Positions 11,644 to 24,487 of a stretch of 64,000 nt of DNA are shown here, piece after piece. A model generated the notes under the pieces. The model saw nothing but the letters and a program-made list of their open reading frames with translations. It did not search any database and was not told the DNA's origin. The translations under genes were made by a program, and so were the position numbers. Each line of letters starts with the position of its first letter. Position 1 is the first letter of the stretch. This stretch comes from Raja brachyura (lineage: Eukaryota): positions 12,586,001 to 12,650,000 of the forward strand of contig OY740808.1 in NCBI GenBank assembly GCA_963514005.1, written 5' to 3'.

Positions 11644-12654
11644 AGCTTTCTATGATTAAGACGATGAAAGGCTTTGGAAGCATCAATAAAGTACATAAGA
11701 ATTTAAGGGTTTTTGCCTATATTTGTTCACAATCACTTTTAGGGCATATATAAACAAGTGAGTGCCATGTCTAGCTTTAAAACCAAACTGGTTATCTGTG
11801 GAGTTAACAAACTCATTTACTCTATTCAGCAGAATTATTTCTAGGACGTTTGGTAATATGCTGGCTAAAGCTACGGGCCTGTAATTATTTAGGCTGCCTA
11901 CTTTACCATATTTGTCCTTAATGACCAGCACTAGCAGAACAGACAACACTGAGTCTGGTAACAAGCCATGAATCATAAAGCCAGTGAAGCAAATAGCAAG
12001 GAGATGAGCTATCGCATACTTAAGATGTTCAGCAGAAATATGATCCAAGCCACTTGCTTTGTTGTTGGACAGCTTGTTCATGGCATGATACACCTCATGT
12101 GACATAATCACCACTGAGTCATTATTCTCAATATTGTCCACCCTATACAAATCACTTTGGACACAGTTGAATAAAGTGTTATAATGTTGTCGCCATAACT
12201 CTGCGATATTAGCTGATCCGGACATTCCATCTATTGTGCATTGTAGAGATGTTTTGCAACTGTTAAGAGCTCTCACATCTTTCCAAAAATCAGTATTGTT
12301 GTTACTCAGCATCCTCGTAGCCATGGAATCTGCCCTCATAGCATGCTCATCTTTACAGATGATGCGATCAGCATACATCTCTCTTGCAATAGTGAGCTTC
12401 TTGTACTCAAATACATACGTAGGAAACTGGATGAGGTCCTATAGAGTGCATATAAAGAGTTGGGAAAAAAGTTAGAAAAAGGGATGGGGTCCTGTGGAGT
12501 GAATATAGGGAGTTCAGCAAAATATAACGAAGAGCAATTAGTGTCTCTGGCGAGTTAGGTGAAAGGTTAAAATGATCACCTGCAGGGTGGTAATCTCCAG
12601 ATTAGTACAGTTGCCATGTGTTAGTGAGGGTAGCAATTGGAGGATAGTACAGAT

Positions 12655-13625
12655 ATCATCAATTATACCAGTGCCGAAGAAGAGCAAGGTGACATGCCTC
12701 AATGACTATCGACCTGTCTCACTAACACCTATGGTGATGAAGTGCTTCGAGAGGTTGATTGATCATGGCGCAAATCAACTCCTCCCTCGACAAAAACCTG
12801 GACCTATTGCAGTTCGCCACAACAGATCAACGGTGGATGCGATCCTGGTGGCTCTCCACTCCGCTCTGGACCACTTGGACAACAAAACTCATATGTCAGG
12901 CTGTTATTCATCGATTACGGAGAGTCGGTTTGTCAAGGAGGACCCTCTCTAACTTCTACAGGTGCACAGTAGAGAGCTTGTTGACCGTTGCATCGTGGCT
13001 TGGCTCGGCAATTGAGCGCCCTGGAGAGGAAAAGAATACAAAAAGTAGTAAGCACTGCCCTGTCCATCATTGGCTCTGACCTTCCTTCCATCGAGGGGAT
13101 TTACCATAGTCGCTGCCTCAAAAAGGCTGGCAATATCATCAAAGACCCACAGCATCCTGGCCACACAGTCATCTCCCTGCTACCTTCAGGTAGAAGGTAC
13201 AGGAGCCTGAAGACTGCAATGACCAGGTTCAGGAATAGCAACTTCCCCACAGCCATCAGGCTATTAAACCTGGCTCGGACAAAACTGTGAACGTTAATAA
13301 CCCATTATCTGTTTTTTGCACTTTATCAGTTTATTTATTTATGGCAAGGCAAGGCAAGGCAAGGCAAATTTATTTATATAGCACCATTCGTACAAGCTGC
13401 AATTCATAGTGCTTTACAAAAGAAACAAAAGAATAACATAGTTTAAAAACATTGCAGAACCACAACACAACACATATTCGTGTGTATATATTTATATAAT
13501 GGTATATGAACACACTTATCTGTTGTGTAATCAATGCCTACTATGTTCTGTTGTGCTGAAGCAAACCAATAATTTCATTGTCCTACCAGGGACACATGAC
13601 AATAAACTCACTTGAACTTGAACTT
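12655..13625 (+). mobile_element. Rex1/Babar-like LINE fragment (unit 1 only) with a nested (GGCAA)n-tailed LINE end at about 13343-13480
   Basis: [32 protein letters not shown] and HPGH..LLPSGRRYRS motifs. (CTTGAA)n tail. Empty site cagat|gaatgc at about 29645. Confidence 0.8.
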
Positions 13626-15347
13626 GAATGCACGGCTGAGGAGTTTGTGCAGGGAAAATGATTCTGATTGTAGACCATTGAGATTTCTATTGCCGCAAAG
13701 GCGTCCTGCACAAGAGGGACAGGTTGCACTTGAGCTGAAGGGGCCCCAACATGCTTGTAGTGAAGTTTGCTCGTGAGAAATTAAGCTAAAATGGGCGGAG
13801 AATGGGAACGAAATGAGCAAGTCTGCAAATGGAAAGGCTGACGAGAAAGTGGAGGATACAACACGTAGGTCTCAAAGGAACGATGGGCCAGGTGTGGTTC
13901 ATGATTATGGAGCAATTAAGGGCTGAAATATTTACTTCAAAGCAAGGACTATTGCGGATAAAGCTAAATGAAATTAGATAGTCGAGATCAGTGCTTGGAA
14001 TAATAATGCCGTGGTCATTATGAAAACTTGGTTGTGGGAGAGACACGACTGGCAGTTCCATGGATCATGGCTTCGATATTTGAGATGGCGGTACTCAGAG
14101 TGGACATACTGGCGGGTACATCTATTGATGCATATGGGTTGTGCATATAAATAAGAAAAGAACAGTCTCTCTAATGGGATTATATTATGGGACACCCAAT
14201 AATCAGTGGGAGATGGATCGGATATGCAGTGCTGTTGTGGTGGGTATCGTTAACTTCCCCAACATTGACTGTTTTTTGTTCAGTGCAAGAGGGTTAAACG
14301 AGGCAGAATTTATGAAGTATATCCAATACATTTTCCTTAAATGGTGTATGGATGGTCTGAATCCAGGAGGGACGATACTGGACCTCGTGTTGCCAGGTGA
14401 CTGGTGGTATGCTGGAAGAGCAGTTGTGGATAGTGACCACAAGGTTTAATATTGGTTTGAATAAGGATTGGTCTGGATGTTGGCAGAAGCAAAACAGATT
14501 GAAATGTCATTAGGCACTAGATTGTGAGCAGTTGTTATTGAGCATGTCCACAGCTAACATTTGGGAGTTATTTAACCAAAGTACAGGATCAGCATGTTCC
14601 AGTAAGGAGGATGGATAATGATGGCATGGTAAGGGATCCATGAATGACTACGGAGATTATAAACATTTTCAGAAACAAAACGGAAGCGTATTTCAGATTT
14701 AACAAATTGGCATCAGGCGAGGATTATGAGGAATGGAAAGTAGCAAAGAGCTCAACTGGGTGATTAGCAGGGCCAAATTGGTCATGAAATGGAATTGATG
14801 AGTTGTGTTTAGGAAAATACTGTGGCTTTTTATACATATGTTACAAATAAGGAGGGTGCCAAGAGATACGGTAGGTCTGATCAAAGATATAGGATGTAGT
14901 GGAATTGTTAAATGAGTGTGTTTTGCATCTGTATTCACCATGGACAAAGAAGTGGATAACGGTGAGATCAGTGTGGAGAATACAAATATGCTAGCGCACA
15001 TTTGCTGGGGCTTGAGATCGAAAAGCACGGCAGTGAGGCTCTTGAGGAACATTGAGTTGGATAGGTCCCCTGCACCCGTTGGTGTTTATACCAGTTTATT
15101 GAGGGAGGCGAGAGGTGATTCCAAGGGTCTTGACAAGAATCTTTTTTTCTTCTCTATCCACAGGTGAGAACCAAGAGAGCTGGAAAATGACCAGTTGTTC
15201 CTTTGTTGATTGTGACGGAGAAAGAATCAAGGGAAATAGAGGCTGGTGAGACTGACGTCAGTGGCAGGAAACAATTGGAGATAATTCATTGAGATTTACT
15301 CCCATTTGAAGGAGAATGAGCTAGTTAACGATAGGCATGGCTGTGTA

Positions 15348-15725
15348 ATAGACAATAGACAATAGGTGCAGGAGTAGGCCACACGGCCCTTCAAGCCAGC
15401 ACCGCCATTCAACGTGATCATGGCTGATCATCCACAATCAGTACCCTGTTCCTGCCTTCTCCCCATATCCCCTGCCGCCGCTATCTCCAAGAGCCTGATC
15501 TAGCAATCTCTTGAAAGTTTCCAGAGAACCGGCCTCCACCGCCCTCTGAGGCAGGTAATTCCACAGACTCACATCTCTCTGTGTGGAAAAGTGTTTCCTC
15601 ATCTCCGTTCTAAGTAGCTTACCCCTTGTTCTTAAACTGCGGCCCCTGGTTCTGGACTCCCCCAACATCGGGAACATGTTTCCTGCCTCTAGCATGTCCA
15701 AACCCTAATAATCTTAAATGTTTCA
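15348..15725 (-). mobile_element. CR1 3' fragment shared across units (also about 31435-31815; remnant at 51822-52025)
   Basis: FPMLGESRTRG...GYGEKAGTGY and a (CTATTGT)n tail. Confidence 0.85.
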
Positions 15726-17170
15726 ATAAACGGTGAAGATCAAATTGGCGTGGGCCTGGTATACAGGGAGAGCCCGACCACTTTGGATGAAAAGGTTTGG
15801 TCCGACAAATCCATGGGACTTTGCAGGTCAAATAAGATTTCGGAGTTGCTGAAGAAAATGTTGCATTTTGGCGATTAGTCATGAAAAACTGTGTGAATGT
15901 TTTCTTTACAATATGAAGAATGGGGAATGGGCAAATATTGTCTGTAGTTAGTGCAATTTAGTATATTAATTTGGGCAATTACTTATGCTTAAGTAAAACA
16001 CAAAGTGATCGAGTATCTCAACAGGTTACGAGCATCTGACCTAAACGTAGCCTATCCATTTATTTCACTATTGCTACCTGACCCACCGAGTACTCCAGCA
16101 GCTTGTGATTCCAGCAGATGTGGTTCTCTTTGTCTTCAATTTGTACACCTTATCTACCTTGAGTTGCCGAAGCGCTGACTTAACAGCGAGACTCAGAAGA
16201 ATGAGAGAAATGAGGATTGTTGTACGCAATTATAGGCAGTTAGCGAGGTCATTCATGACCGGTGCCTCTAAGCACACGAATGAGCATTTATCAGATGTAT
16301 AATGGAGGAGGAAGGAGAGTATTGTTTGTGTATAAGTCACAGTGATAGCAATGCAGATAACTGGAGCACTTGCTGCTATTCAGAAGTAATTGAAATTTCA
16401 GACTGTCAGTTCAATTTGAAGACAAGATGAGGCGAAAACAGTTTACGGTATAGATATACAGAGGTGCACCAACTGGTCTTTGCCTGCTAAAGAGAAAAAA
16501 AGATTTGGTTCATAATTCATTAATTAGATAGGTGTGAAACAATGTAGACCCAAGTCAATATCATTTATGCGCAAGCGGACAGGAATTTGCTTCTTGGGGG
16601 TTTGGTGCCAAGGGCAGCACCTAACTACGGAATAGAAGGACAGTGTTACCTTCAGAGATCACAAAATAATGAGATATTAGAAAGGGCGTTAATTGCTGCG
16701 AAATTATTGATATTATCGGAGATGTCCAAAAGGAATCAAGCGAAGGCCTTCCATGCAGTTGAACATTATAGGAGGGGCCTTGTCGAGAGGCAAACTCCAT
16801 TGAGATCTAATATTTCCGAGTCACGGTCCTGGTCACAAAATTCATTTCTGAGTTTGTTTGTTTGTGGTTTACTATTATTGTCACGTGTCTCCATTTTGCC
16901 AAATTCAAACCGGGAATATAAGAAGAAGGAATAAGTAAGTTGTTCAAGGCTTAACCGGGAGTCATGGCTTGAACGTTTAACCAAACCCCAGTGTCACACC
17001 CTTTTCCCAACTCCCTTGAATCGCTTAAAGTTCTTTTGATATCAATCTGTTTGAGTATCGGCAAGCATATGGAGTAAGGTATTCAAAACATTATAATCGC
17101 ATCCAGCCAAAAATAATTTTCTTTTCAGTCCTGATTACCCAACCCATTATCTGAAGATTAAATCAGGCAG

Positions 17171-17937
17171 ATTATCTAAATGGAGGCTGATTAGGAAAAG
17201 GGGAGATGCAGCACGACCTGGGTGTCATGGTACACCAGTCATTGAAAGTAGGCATGCAGGTACAGCAGGCAGTGAAGAAAGCGAATGGTATGTTGGCTTT
17301 CATAGCAAAAGGATTTGAGTATAGGAGCAGGGAGGTTCTACTTCAGTTGTATAGGGTCTTGGTGAGGCTACACCTGGAGTATTGCGTACAGTTCTGGTCT
17401 CCAAATCTGAGGAAGGACATTATTGCCATAGAGGGAGTGCATCGAAGGTTCACCAGACTGATTCCTGGGATGTCAGGACTGTCTTATGAACAAATACTGC
17501 ATAGACTCGGTTTATACTCTCTAGAATTTAGGAGATTGAGAGGGGATCTTATAGAAACTTACAAGATTCTTAAGGGGTTGGACAGGCTAGATGTAGGAAG
17601 ATTGTTCCCGATGTTGGGGAGGTCCAGGACAAGGGGTCACAGCTTAAGGATGAGGGGGAAATCCTTTAGGACCGAGATGAGAAGGATTTTTTTCACACAG
17701 AGAGTGGTGGGTCTCTGGAACTCTCTGCCACAGAGGGTAGTTGAGGCCAGTTCATTGGCTGTATTTAAGAGGGAGTTAGATGTGGCCCTTGTGGCTAAGG
17801 GGATCAGAGGGTATGGAGAGAAGGCAGGTACGGGATACTGAGTTGGATGATCAGCCATGATCATATTGAATGGCGGTGCAGGCTCGAAGTGCCAAATGGC
17901 CTACTCCTGCACCTAATTTCTATGTTTCTATGTTTCT
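17171..17937 (+). mobile_element. CR1 LINE 3' fragment (between copies 1 and 2)
   Basis: Open 211-aa RT C-terminus (HLEYCVQFWSP, RRLRGDLIE, FFTQRVV..WNSLP) and a (TTTCTATG)n tail. Confidence 0.92.
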
Positions 17938-19351
17938 AAATATAAAGTCAAGTTAGAAATCACTTAAGCGGTCAATTAGAAGAGCCAAAAGGGGGCATGG
18001 AACAGGTTTGGCGAGCTAGATTAAAGAAGAGCGCAAGGCTTTTTATACGTAAATTAAATGCAAGAGGGTAACCAGAAAGATGGTAACTCGAGGATAAAGG
18101 GAGTAATTTGTGCTTTGAGTCAAGGGATATAGGCGAGGTATTAAATGAGTACGTTGTATGTCTTTTCACCAAGGAGAAGGACAAGGAGGAGAGTGAAATC
18201 AATGTGGCGAATATTCATATGCAAGGGTACTGTGTGATTAAGAAGTAGGTGTTGGGTGACTTGACGGGCATGAATGGACAGATTATTGAGAGACACAAAA
18301 GACGAGTTTGCAGAAGCCATGACACAGATCTCTGCACCTTCTCTAGCAGTTAATACGTTTACAGATGACAGCTAGATTGTTTGGGTTGCAGACAGTGAGG
18401 AAGGCTGTCAAAGTATACAACAGGATAGAGACTAGGTATAACAATGAGAGATGAAATGATAGATGCAGATTAACCAGAGCATTGAAGTGCTGGGGGACAC
18501 GTTGATTGTAAAGGAATATATACGAGATGCTGCCTGACCCGCTGAGTTACTCCAGCATTTTGTGTCAACTTTCGATTAATAAAAACAGTATTGATGTACA
18601 GAGGAATTTTGGGAACCAAGTCTATGTGTCCCTCAGTGGCAACACTACTATATAGAGTTGTGAGAAGGCATATTTTATGTTTTCCTTCATTGGGCATGGC
18701 ATTCGTGATGAGGGCAGGTGAGTCACGATGCTACTTTTAGGAATTATGTTAGGCTGCATTTCGTGTACTGCCATCATTTCCTGTCGCCCCAATACTAGAT
18801 GAAAGTGGAGGCCTTGGAAAAGGCGCAGAGGATGTTTACCAACATGATACCTGAATTAGGGGTATTAACTACGAGCAGAGGTTGGACACAATTGGGTTGT
18901 ATTCTCTGTAACCGTTGACGATGAGGGAAGACCAGCTAGAAATGTATTAAAATTATGAGAGTCATAGATAGGGCAGATAATAATTGCCATTTCCCCCCAT
19001 AATGGAAATATCAAGGACTAGATGACATCGCTTGGTAAGAGACGCCTGGACATTTTATATGCAGAGGTTGGTGAGGACCCGGAAGGCGTTGGCGAGGTTG
19101 GTGGGGGCGGCACAAGCAACAGTGGCATTTGCAAGACTTCTGGATACGGATCACGTGCACGCAGATAAGATTTGGTTTTGGCATCATGTCGGCAAAGACA
19201 TGAAGTGCCGAAAGGCTTGTTCGTGTGCTATGCTGGACCATGTTCTGCGCTTTGTGGATACTCATCAATCAGGAGAAATAACGTCTGCACCTTTCCTGCC
19301 AAGACCACTGAGAGTTTTATATATTACAGTGGCTGACATATTATAAATTGT

Positions 19352-19530
19352 GGGGCGGCACAGTGGCGCACCTGGTAGAGCAGCTGCCTCGACAGCGCCA
19401 GAGACCAGGGTTCGATCCTGAGCTTCGGGTCGCTGTCTGTGAGGAGTTTACACATTCTCCCCGTGATGTCGTGGGCTGCCTCTCAAATCCCAAAGATTAT
19501 AGGTTCATAGGTTAATTGGCCTCTGTAAAA
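19352..19530 (+). mobile_element. HE1/V-SINE-like tRNA-derived SINE (paralogs about 810-945, 36073-37081 interrupted, 54900-55100, 62876-62990)
   Basis: Box A tggcgcacctggtagag and box B ggttcgatcc, followed by the core gctgtctgtgaggagtttacacattctccccgtg...taggttaattggcctctgtaaaattg. Confidence 0.8.
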
Positions 19531-20092
19531 TAGCTTGGAATTGCTAAGTGAATAGTATTAGCAAGGTCACATATAACGATTACTGTCTGTCCTCCAATGC
19601 GTTTCTACATGAGCGCGCCATTTTGTTCGTGTGTTCGACTATTTATAATCACACCAGTTTATAACATAACGTTCGGCGCCATTTATCACCGGTTCTCCCA
19701 TAAGGTAAAATAATGAAGGTTGATTAGATACATTTGATTTTCTCTGATCAGAAATAAAAATCCAACAAATGTATCGCTCTTAAGATTGAATTATTGATTT
19801 TAGTCGAGAGTTGTATTTGAAAATGTTAGTAACGTGGGTAAGCAAAACAAACCTGAATGTAATCTTTAAACCACTGTATTTTAATGAATATTTGGGAATG
19901 CATTTAACAGATTGAATAACATTGGAGTTTCAATTCACAACGAGTTGCTTCGATGGAATGACGTTTGCAAACGTCGAGACAAAGGACAATTTCAACGTAA
20001 ATGCTAGTCGATAACAGATAATATTTTTATATCAATTTTTGACAAATGAAAGACGGAGCACAAATATTTTTCAGCTTTGGAATCTAGAAGTT

Positions 20093-20415
20093 TTACTGAC
20101 AACCGGACCTGGCTATGTTTCCATGCACCGGGCTTGCCCGCGACTCGTGTTTAACCACACAGGAATAAAGCTCGTGTGAGTTCCAGACTGTGAGTGGCAG
20201 AGTCAGGTAACTGCTCGCACTGAACGTGTTGTCCGCCTCTTGTTGGATCCGGCTGGTTTCAACGCCATCACTTCTCGCACTGCCGTCCACAGTCCAGTCG
20301 ATGTCCACAGCACCCGGATTAAACCCGTTCACCAAACACACAAGGGTGGCGGTTCCCTTTCCCGTCATTTCTTGTGCTGAAGGTCCAAGGACGGACACCG
20401 CGGGTGGCTGAGGTT
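20093..20415 (-). CDS. IGL: Ig lambda-type light chain copy 2, constant exon (KPQPPAVSVLGPS...RSGCQ*)
   Basis: Acceptor aatAG at 20417-20416. 323 nt, C1-set motifs, stop TAA at 20095-20093. Confidence 0.95.
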
Positions 20416-21805
20416 CTATTTAAAATAAAGTCACAGATTAGTAGGGCTAGCAGAACTGCTTTGGTTAAAACATTAACTTTGTTAAAAATACAGTTGGTAA
20501 AGCATGGGTTCATTCGTTTCAAGAGAGATCCCCCCATAATAACTGCTATTTATGGCAATGGGACAGAATATGGGGCAGCAGCGTAAAATATATCATTTCG
20601 GAAGTGTTTTTAATTGATCTCCAGAGTATTATTCCCATTGGCTTCAGCTAAAGGGTTTTTGTACACGACAGCCAGTTGCGGGTTTTCATTGCAGCGAAAG
20701 TTCCACTAAACTCGCTTAAAACTTTAGTTTTCTTTAAATACCTTCCCTTAATTAATCTGTTCATTTATTAAGGCCAGATACCGAAATATTACTAATGGTT
20801 GGATTTTAACGATAAGAATATTTTGCCGTTTTAACCATCGATGAACAGACTAGATTTGCAGCTACGTTAAATTGACCGTTTTCTCGCATTTTAAATAGTC
20901 GTTGATATGATTAATGCTGACACGTATATGTTTGTTTTTTTCTCGACCCGTCTCTTCTCTTTGAAGTAATAATTCTGCTCAGATTTCTGAAGTTTGAATA
21001 GCAAATCTTACTCCTTTCGCTTAATGGCACAACAGCAAAATGCATTATAAGATGTCACACGGAACTAAACTGATTTGAAGATGGGACCCATACCGAAACC
21101 TACCTATCCATGTTCACCAGAGATGCTGCCCTACCCGCTGAGTCACTCCAGACCTTTGTGTCTTTTTTTGTAAACCAGCATCTGCAGTTCCTTGTCCTTC
21201 TAAAGTTATTTCCCGTTCCCTTATGTTCCGTCTAATTCTTATCCAGGTTTGATAAATGTTAGCTCGCCGTCCGCAAAGTAATTAAGAATAATAAAACAGC
21301 TGGACAGCCGTTTCGTCCTTTCATTGCTGTTGTCAACTAATTTGCCAAAAAAGACTCGATCGTGGCCGGGAATTAAAAAAAATATCAGCTATAAATACCT
21401 TTTATTTTAGTTATTTAGTGTAAAAATTACAAACAGCCGGCCTAAAAGCTGGGCCCTTTGATAGAGCTACGTCTAATGATTTGCCAAAGGAAACTCGACT
21501 TTGGTCGAACGCTGAACATAGTAGCGTTAAAAGCTTTTTCTTTGAACCATCGATTAGCGAAAGAAAACCAATTACTTTTCACTGCTATATCATTAACCCA
21601 AAGATAGAATATGCAGAAGGAACTGCAGACCCATTCATTCCGTCCAGAGATGCTGCCTATGCAGTTTGTTGTGTCGACCTTCGGTTTAAACCAACTTCTG
21701 CAGTTCCTTCCTCCAATCCTTTCCTTATCTCCAGAGATGCTGCCTGGCTCGCTGCGGTACACCAGCTTTTTGTGTCTACCCAAAGATAGAAGGTATTTTA
21801 CTTAC

Positions 21806-22150
21806 TGCCAATACCCAGCCTCGTTCCTTTGCCGAAAATGAAAGCATCTTTCCACACAGCACAGTAGTAATCCGCTGCGTCCCCCGACTGCACATTCGAT
21901 ATTGTCAATGTTGCAGTGTTGCCTGACACTGATCCGGAGAAACGTTCAGAAACTCCCGAGCCTCTGTAAATGCTGCTACCCGACCAATAGTAGAACAAAT
22001 ACCGCGGAACCGTTCCTGGAATCTGCTGGTACCAGGAAACGTCGCTACTACCTAAACTGCCGCCAGACAGGGTACAGGTTATTTCCACGTTTTGTCCCAG
22101 AGATGTGGATTTTGAAGACGGCTGATTCATTGCAAATTGCGCATTTATAT
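21806..22150 (-). CDS. IGL: Ig lambda-type light chain copy 2, germline-joined VJ exon (...YYCAVWKDAFIFGKGTRLGIG)
   Basis: Acceptor AG at 22152-22151, donor GTAAGT at 21805-21800. 345 nt open frame with canonical FGKG. Confidence 0.95.
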
Positions 22151-22270
22151 CTGAAAAACAAAATAGAAAAAACGTAGAATATTAACTAATATCAGAGAAA
22201 TAGTAGAAATAATAGAAAGGTGTAATCGTACTCGAGATTAAATATCATTTCGGTTGAAGTAAATACTCAC

Positions 22271-22319
22271 AAGCTGCGGAAAACGCTAACGCATAGACCA
22301 GAGAGATCCAGCAAGACAT
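22271..22319 (-). CDS. IGL: Ig light chain copy 2, leader exon
   Basis: ATG at 22319-22317, 49 nt, donor GTGAGT at 22270-22265. Same protein sequence as the copy 1 leader. Confidence 0.92.
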
Positions 22320-24358
22320 TGTAATTAATTGAGCGGAGAACGCCAGGTGAAGTGGCTTCTCAGTGTTTCTCTCCGGGTCGCTTATGAACCGTTTGACAAG
22401 TCGTCACCGCGAGTTCCTTATCTATCCATCAACAGTCAAATCAGAATGCTTGTTGCGCCAATCAGAAGTTGCCAGATTCTTCCTGCGTCAAATTATTTCC
22501 AAGGTAAATAACGATTTGGTGTCGAGTCTCTCGGTACAATTTATCTCGGTACATTTATATCTCGGTACAATTTGATATAGACTCAAGCACATGAGACTTT
22601 GTTTCGTTTGAAAGGAGGTTGAATTCTTCCTTTTCATTTATTCTGAATCTTTTGCTGTGCAGTTGCACGGCATGCGCCTTCAAATAAATTAATCCAATAA
22701 CCTCATCATAATTCCTGGCGACTGTTCATTCACTCTTGAAAAATGAATGGATACATTCCAACAGTGGCTGAAGAATCCGATCGCATGGTCTCGCACTACT
22801 GTGCGTCATGCACCTTCACCCTTTTGGTTGCACACCCACATTTTATTTGAAACTGGTAAATATTTTGGTGAAGATCGTGTGGAGGTAATCGTTCAAAGCG
22901 CAATGTGAAGAAGCAATTGTCTGAAAAAATATTTACGAATTTGAAAATGTGGGTGTCAATGCACCGTCAAAACCGCTGTAATCCTGGAATGCATGCTTGC
23001 TAGCAGTACACATGTTCACTGGCTTAGCACGGGTAATTGACTTAATTGAGAAAACAATTGAGAAACATGTTTAATCGACCAAGGAGTTGCTGGCGAGTTT
23101 TATATATTAAAGACGTCGATGTCCGCACGTGCTTGCTTTGCTATGATATTAATTCTGTCCAACTTCATCTGATATATGAAATTATATTTACATGCAACCA
23201 GCGTTGCCTTATACTTGATCTAATGTACGCAGATTTTATATCGCAACCCAATCGCGCTGGTTGTCGCGGCAGCGCTCCTTTCACTTTGTGGATTATGCCT
23301 GCAGGGTATTAACACCAGGCGAATCAGTGCTAACGACTATGAACAAGAAAATACAGTTAAAAACACGTTTACATTTTCAAAATGTTGACATTTGGACTAA
23401 CGATTTCGCTGGTAATTGATCAAAGGAGACCGGGCTGTTCTGCTGATGTGCCTGGACAGTTAATACTCGCATCTCATAAAAGTCCTCAGAGCGATGACAT
23501 GCAAACAGGTCAAGCAAAGGCATCAATGTCTCAAATATTGTTTCCGAAATTGTTCTACTCCTCGGTACTTTGGAAATGCTATCTCTGTTGGAACAGCGGA
23601 ATCCTTCCTATGATACCGTGTTATGATTATGCATAATTTAACGGGCATTAACAATATTTTAGTTGAAATGATGACATAAGAATATGTTTCAGTGCGCAAC
23701 CATGACACCCGTACCTAGCCTATTACCAATGTGCGTTGCCTTTGCTAAGTTATCCTCTGATCTCTCCACATGAACGCTTTACAGAAACTGGATACATTGA
23801 ACAATTCCCCATGCAGGTAAAACAAAAGCACGTAGTTCAACTACATCCAGCAGAAAGTAATCCGCTCTTTGATACTTTTCTCACTCTAAATATTCATCCC
23901 CTGCCAAGTAACAATATATTGCCACGACCCTCTTGGCAATACGCAAAATACATTACAATTATGTCCAGGACACACGGACAACACCTCCGTGCCTAATCAG
24001 GATAAGAGGAAAGGGTGTGCATAGGAGCACCTCTCTTGCTAGACAAGCCACAGCCGAAGTTGAGTACGAAATACATTGCTATGCTTTGCGATTGTTGGGC
24101 CCAATTCTTGGAAATCCCTGTCTAAAGCAGGATTTGGGTCCTATCGCCAGAATACTTCAGTGGTTCAAGAAGCTTAACAGTGCATACTAATGCTCACCTT
24201 GCTGTCAAATTTGATTAAAATTTGGCGTATTGATGGAACTTTTGGTTTGGGAAACAAAAGCAGATGACAGGGTAGTAGAGCTGTGCTACTCGTCTTGTTG
24301 GAGTTTTGCAGAATATTATTTCTGCATGATCCATAGTGTAACTCTACGCGCGAGCATT

Positions 24359-24487
24359 NNNNNNNNNNNNNNNNNNNNNNNNNNNNNNNNNNNNNNNNNN
24401 NNNNNNNNNNNNNNNNNNNNNNNNNNNNNNNNNNNNNNNNNNNNNNNNNNNNNNNNNNNNNNNNNNNNNNNNNNNNNNNNNNNNNNN
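24359..24487. other. Assembly gap (129 N)
   Basis: Run of N characters. Confidence 1.

Larger units (their letters stand above)
8425..15345 (+). mobile_element. Ancient decayed CR1-type LINE scaffold (ORF1 esterase, APE endonuclease, RT start), split by later insertions; paralogs about 26200-31435 and 45880-51822
   Basis: CCLTGARIQ..VVLHVSTND (GDSL-like ORF1), VVISRL and NAWL remnants; GLYYGTPN, NFPNID, LDLVL and SDH endonuclease remnants. Confidence 0.7.

Noticed and set aside
19359-19365. Perfect RSS heptamer CACAGTG (also near 36079 and 54907)
   Set aside because: It is part of the SINE 5' end, there is no nonamer at 12 or 23 bp, and it is not adjacent to V or J.
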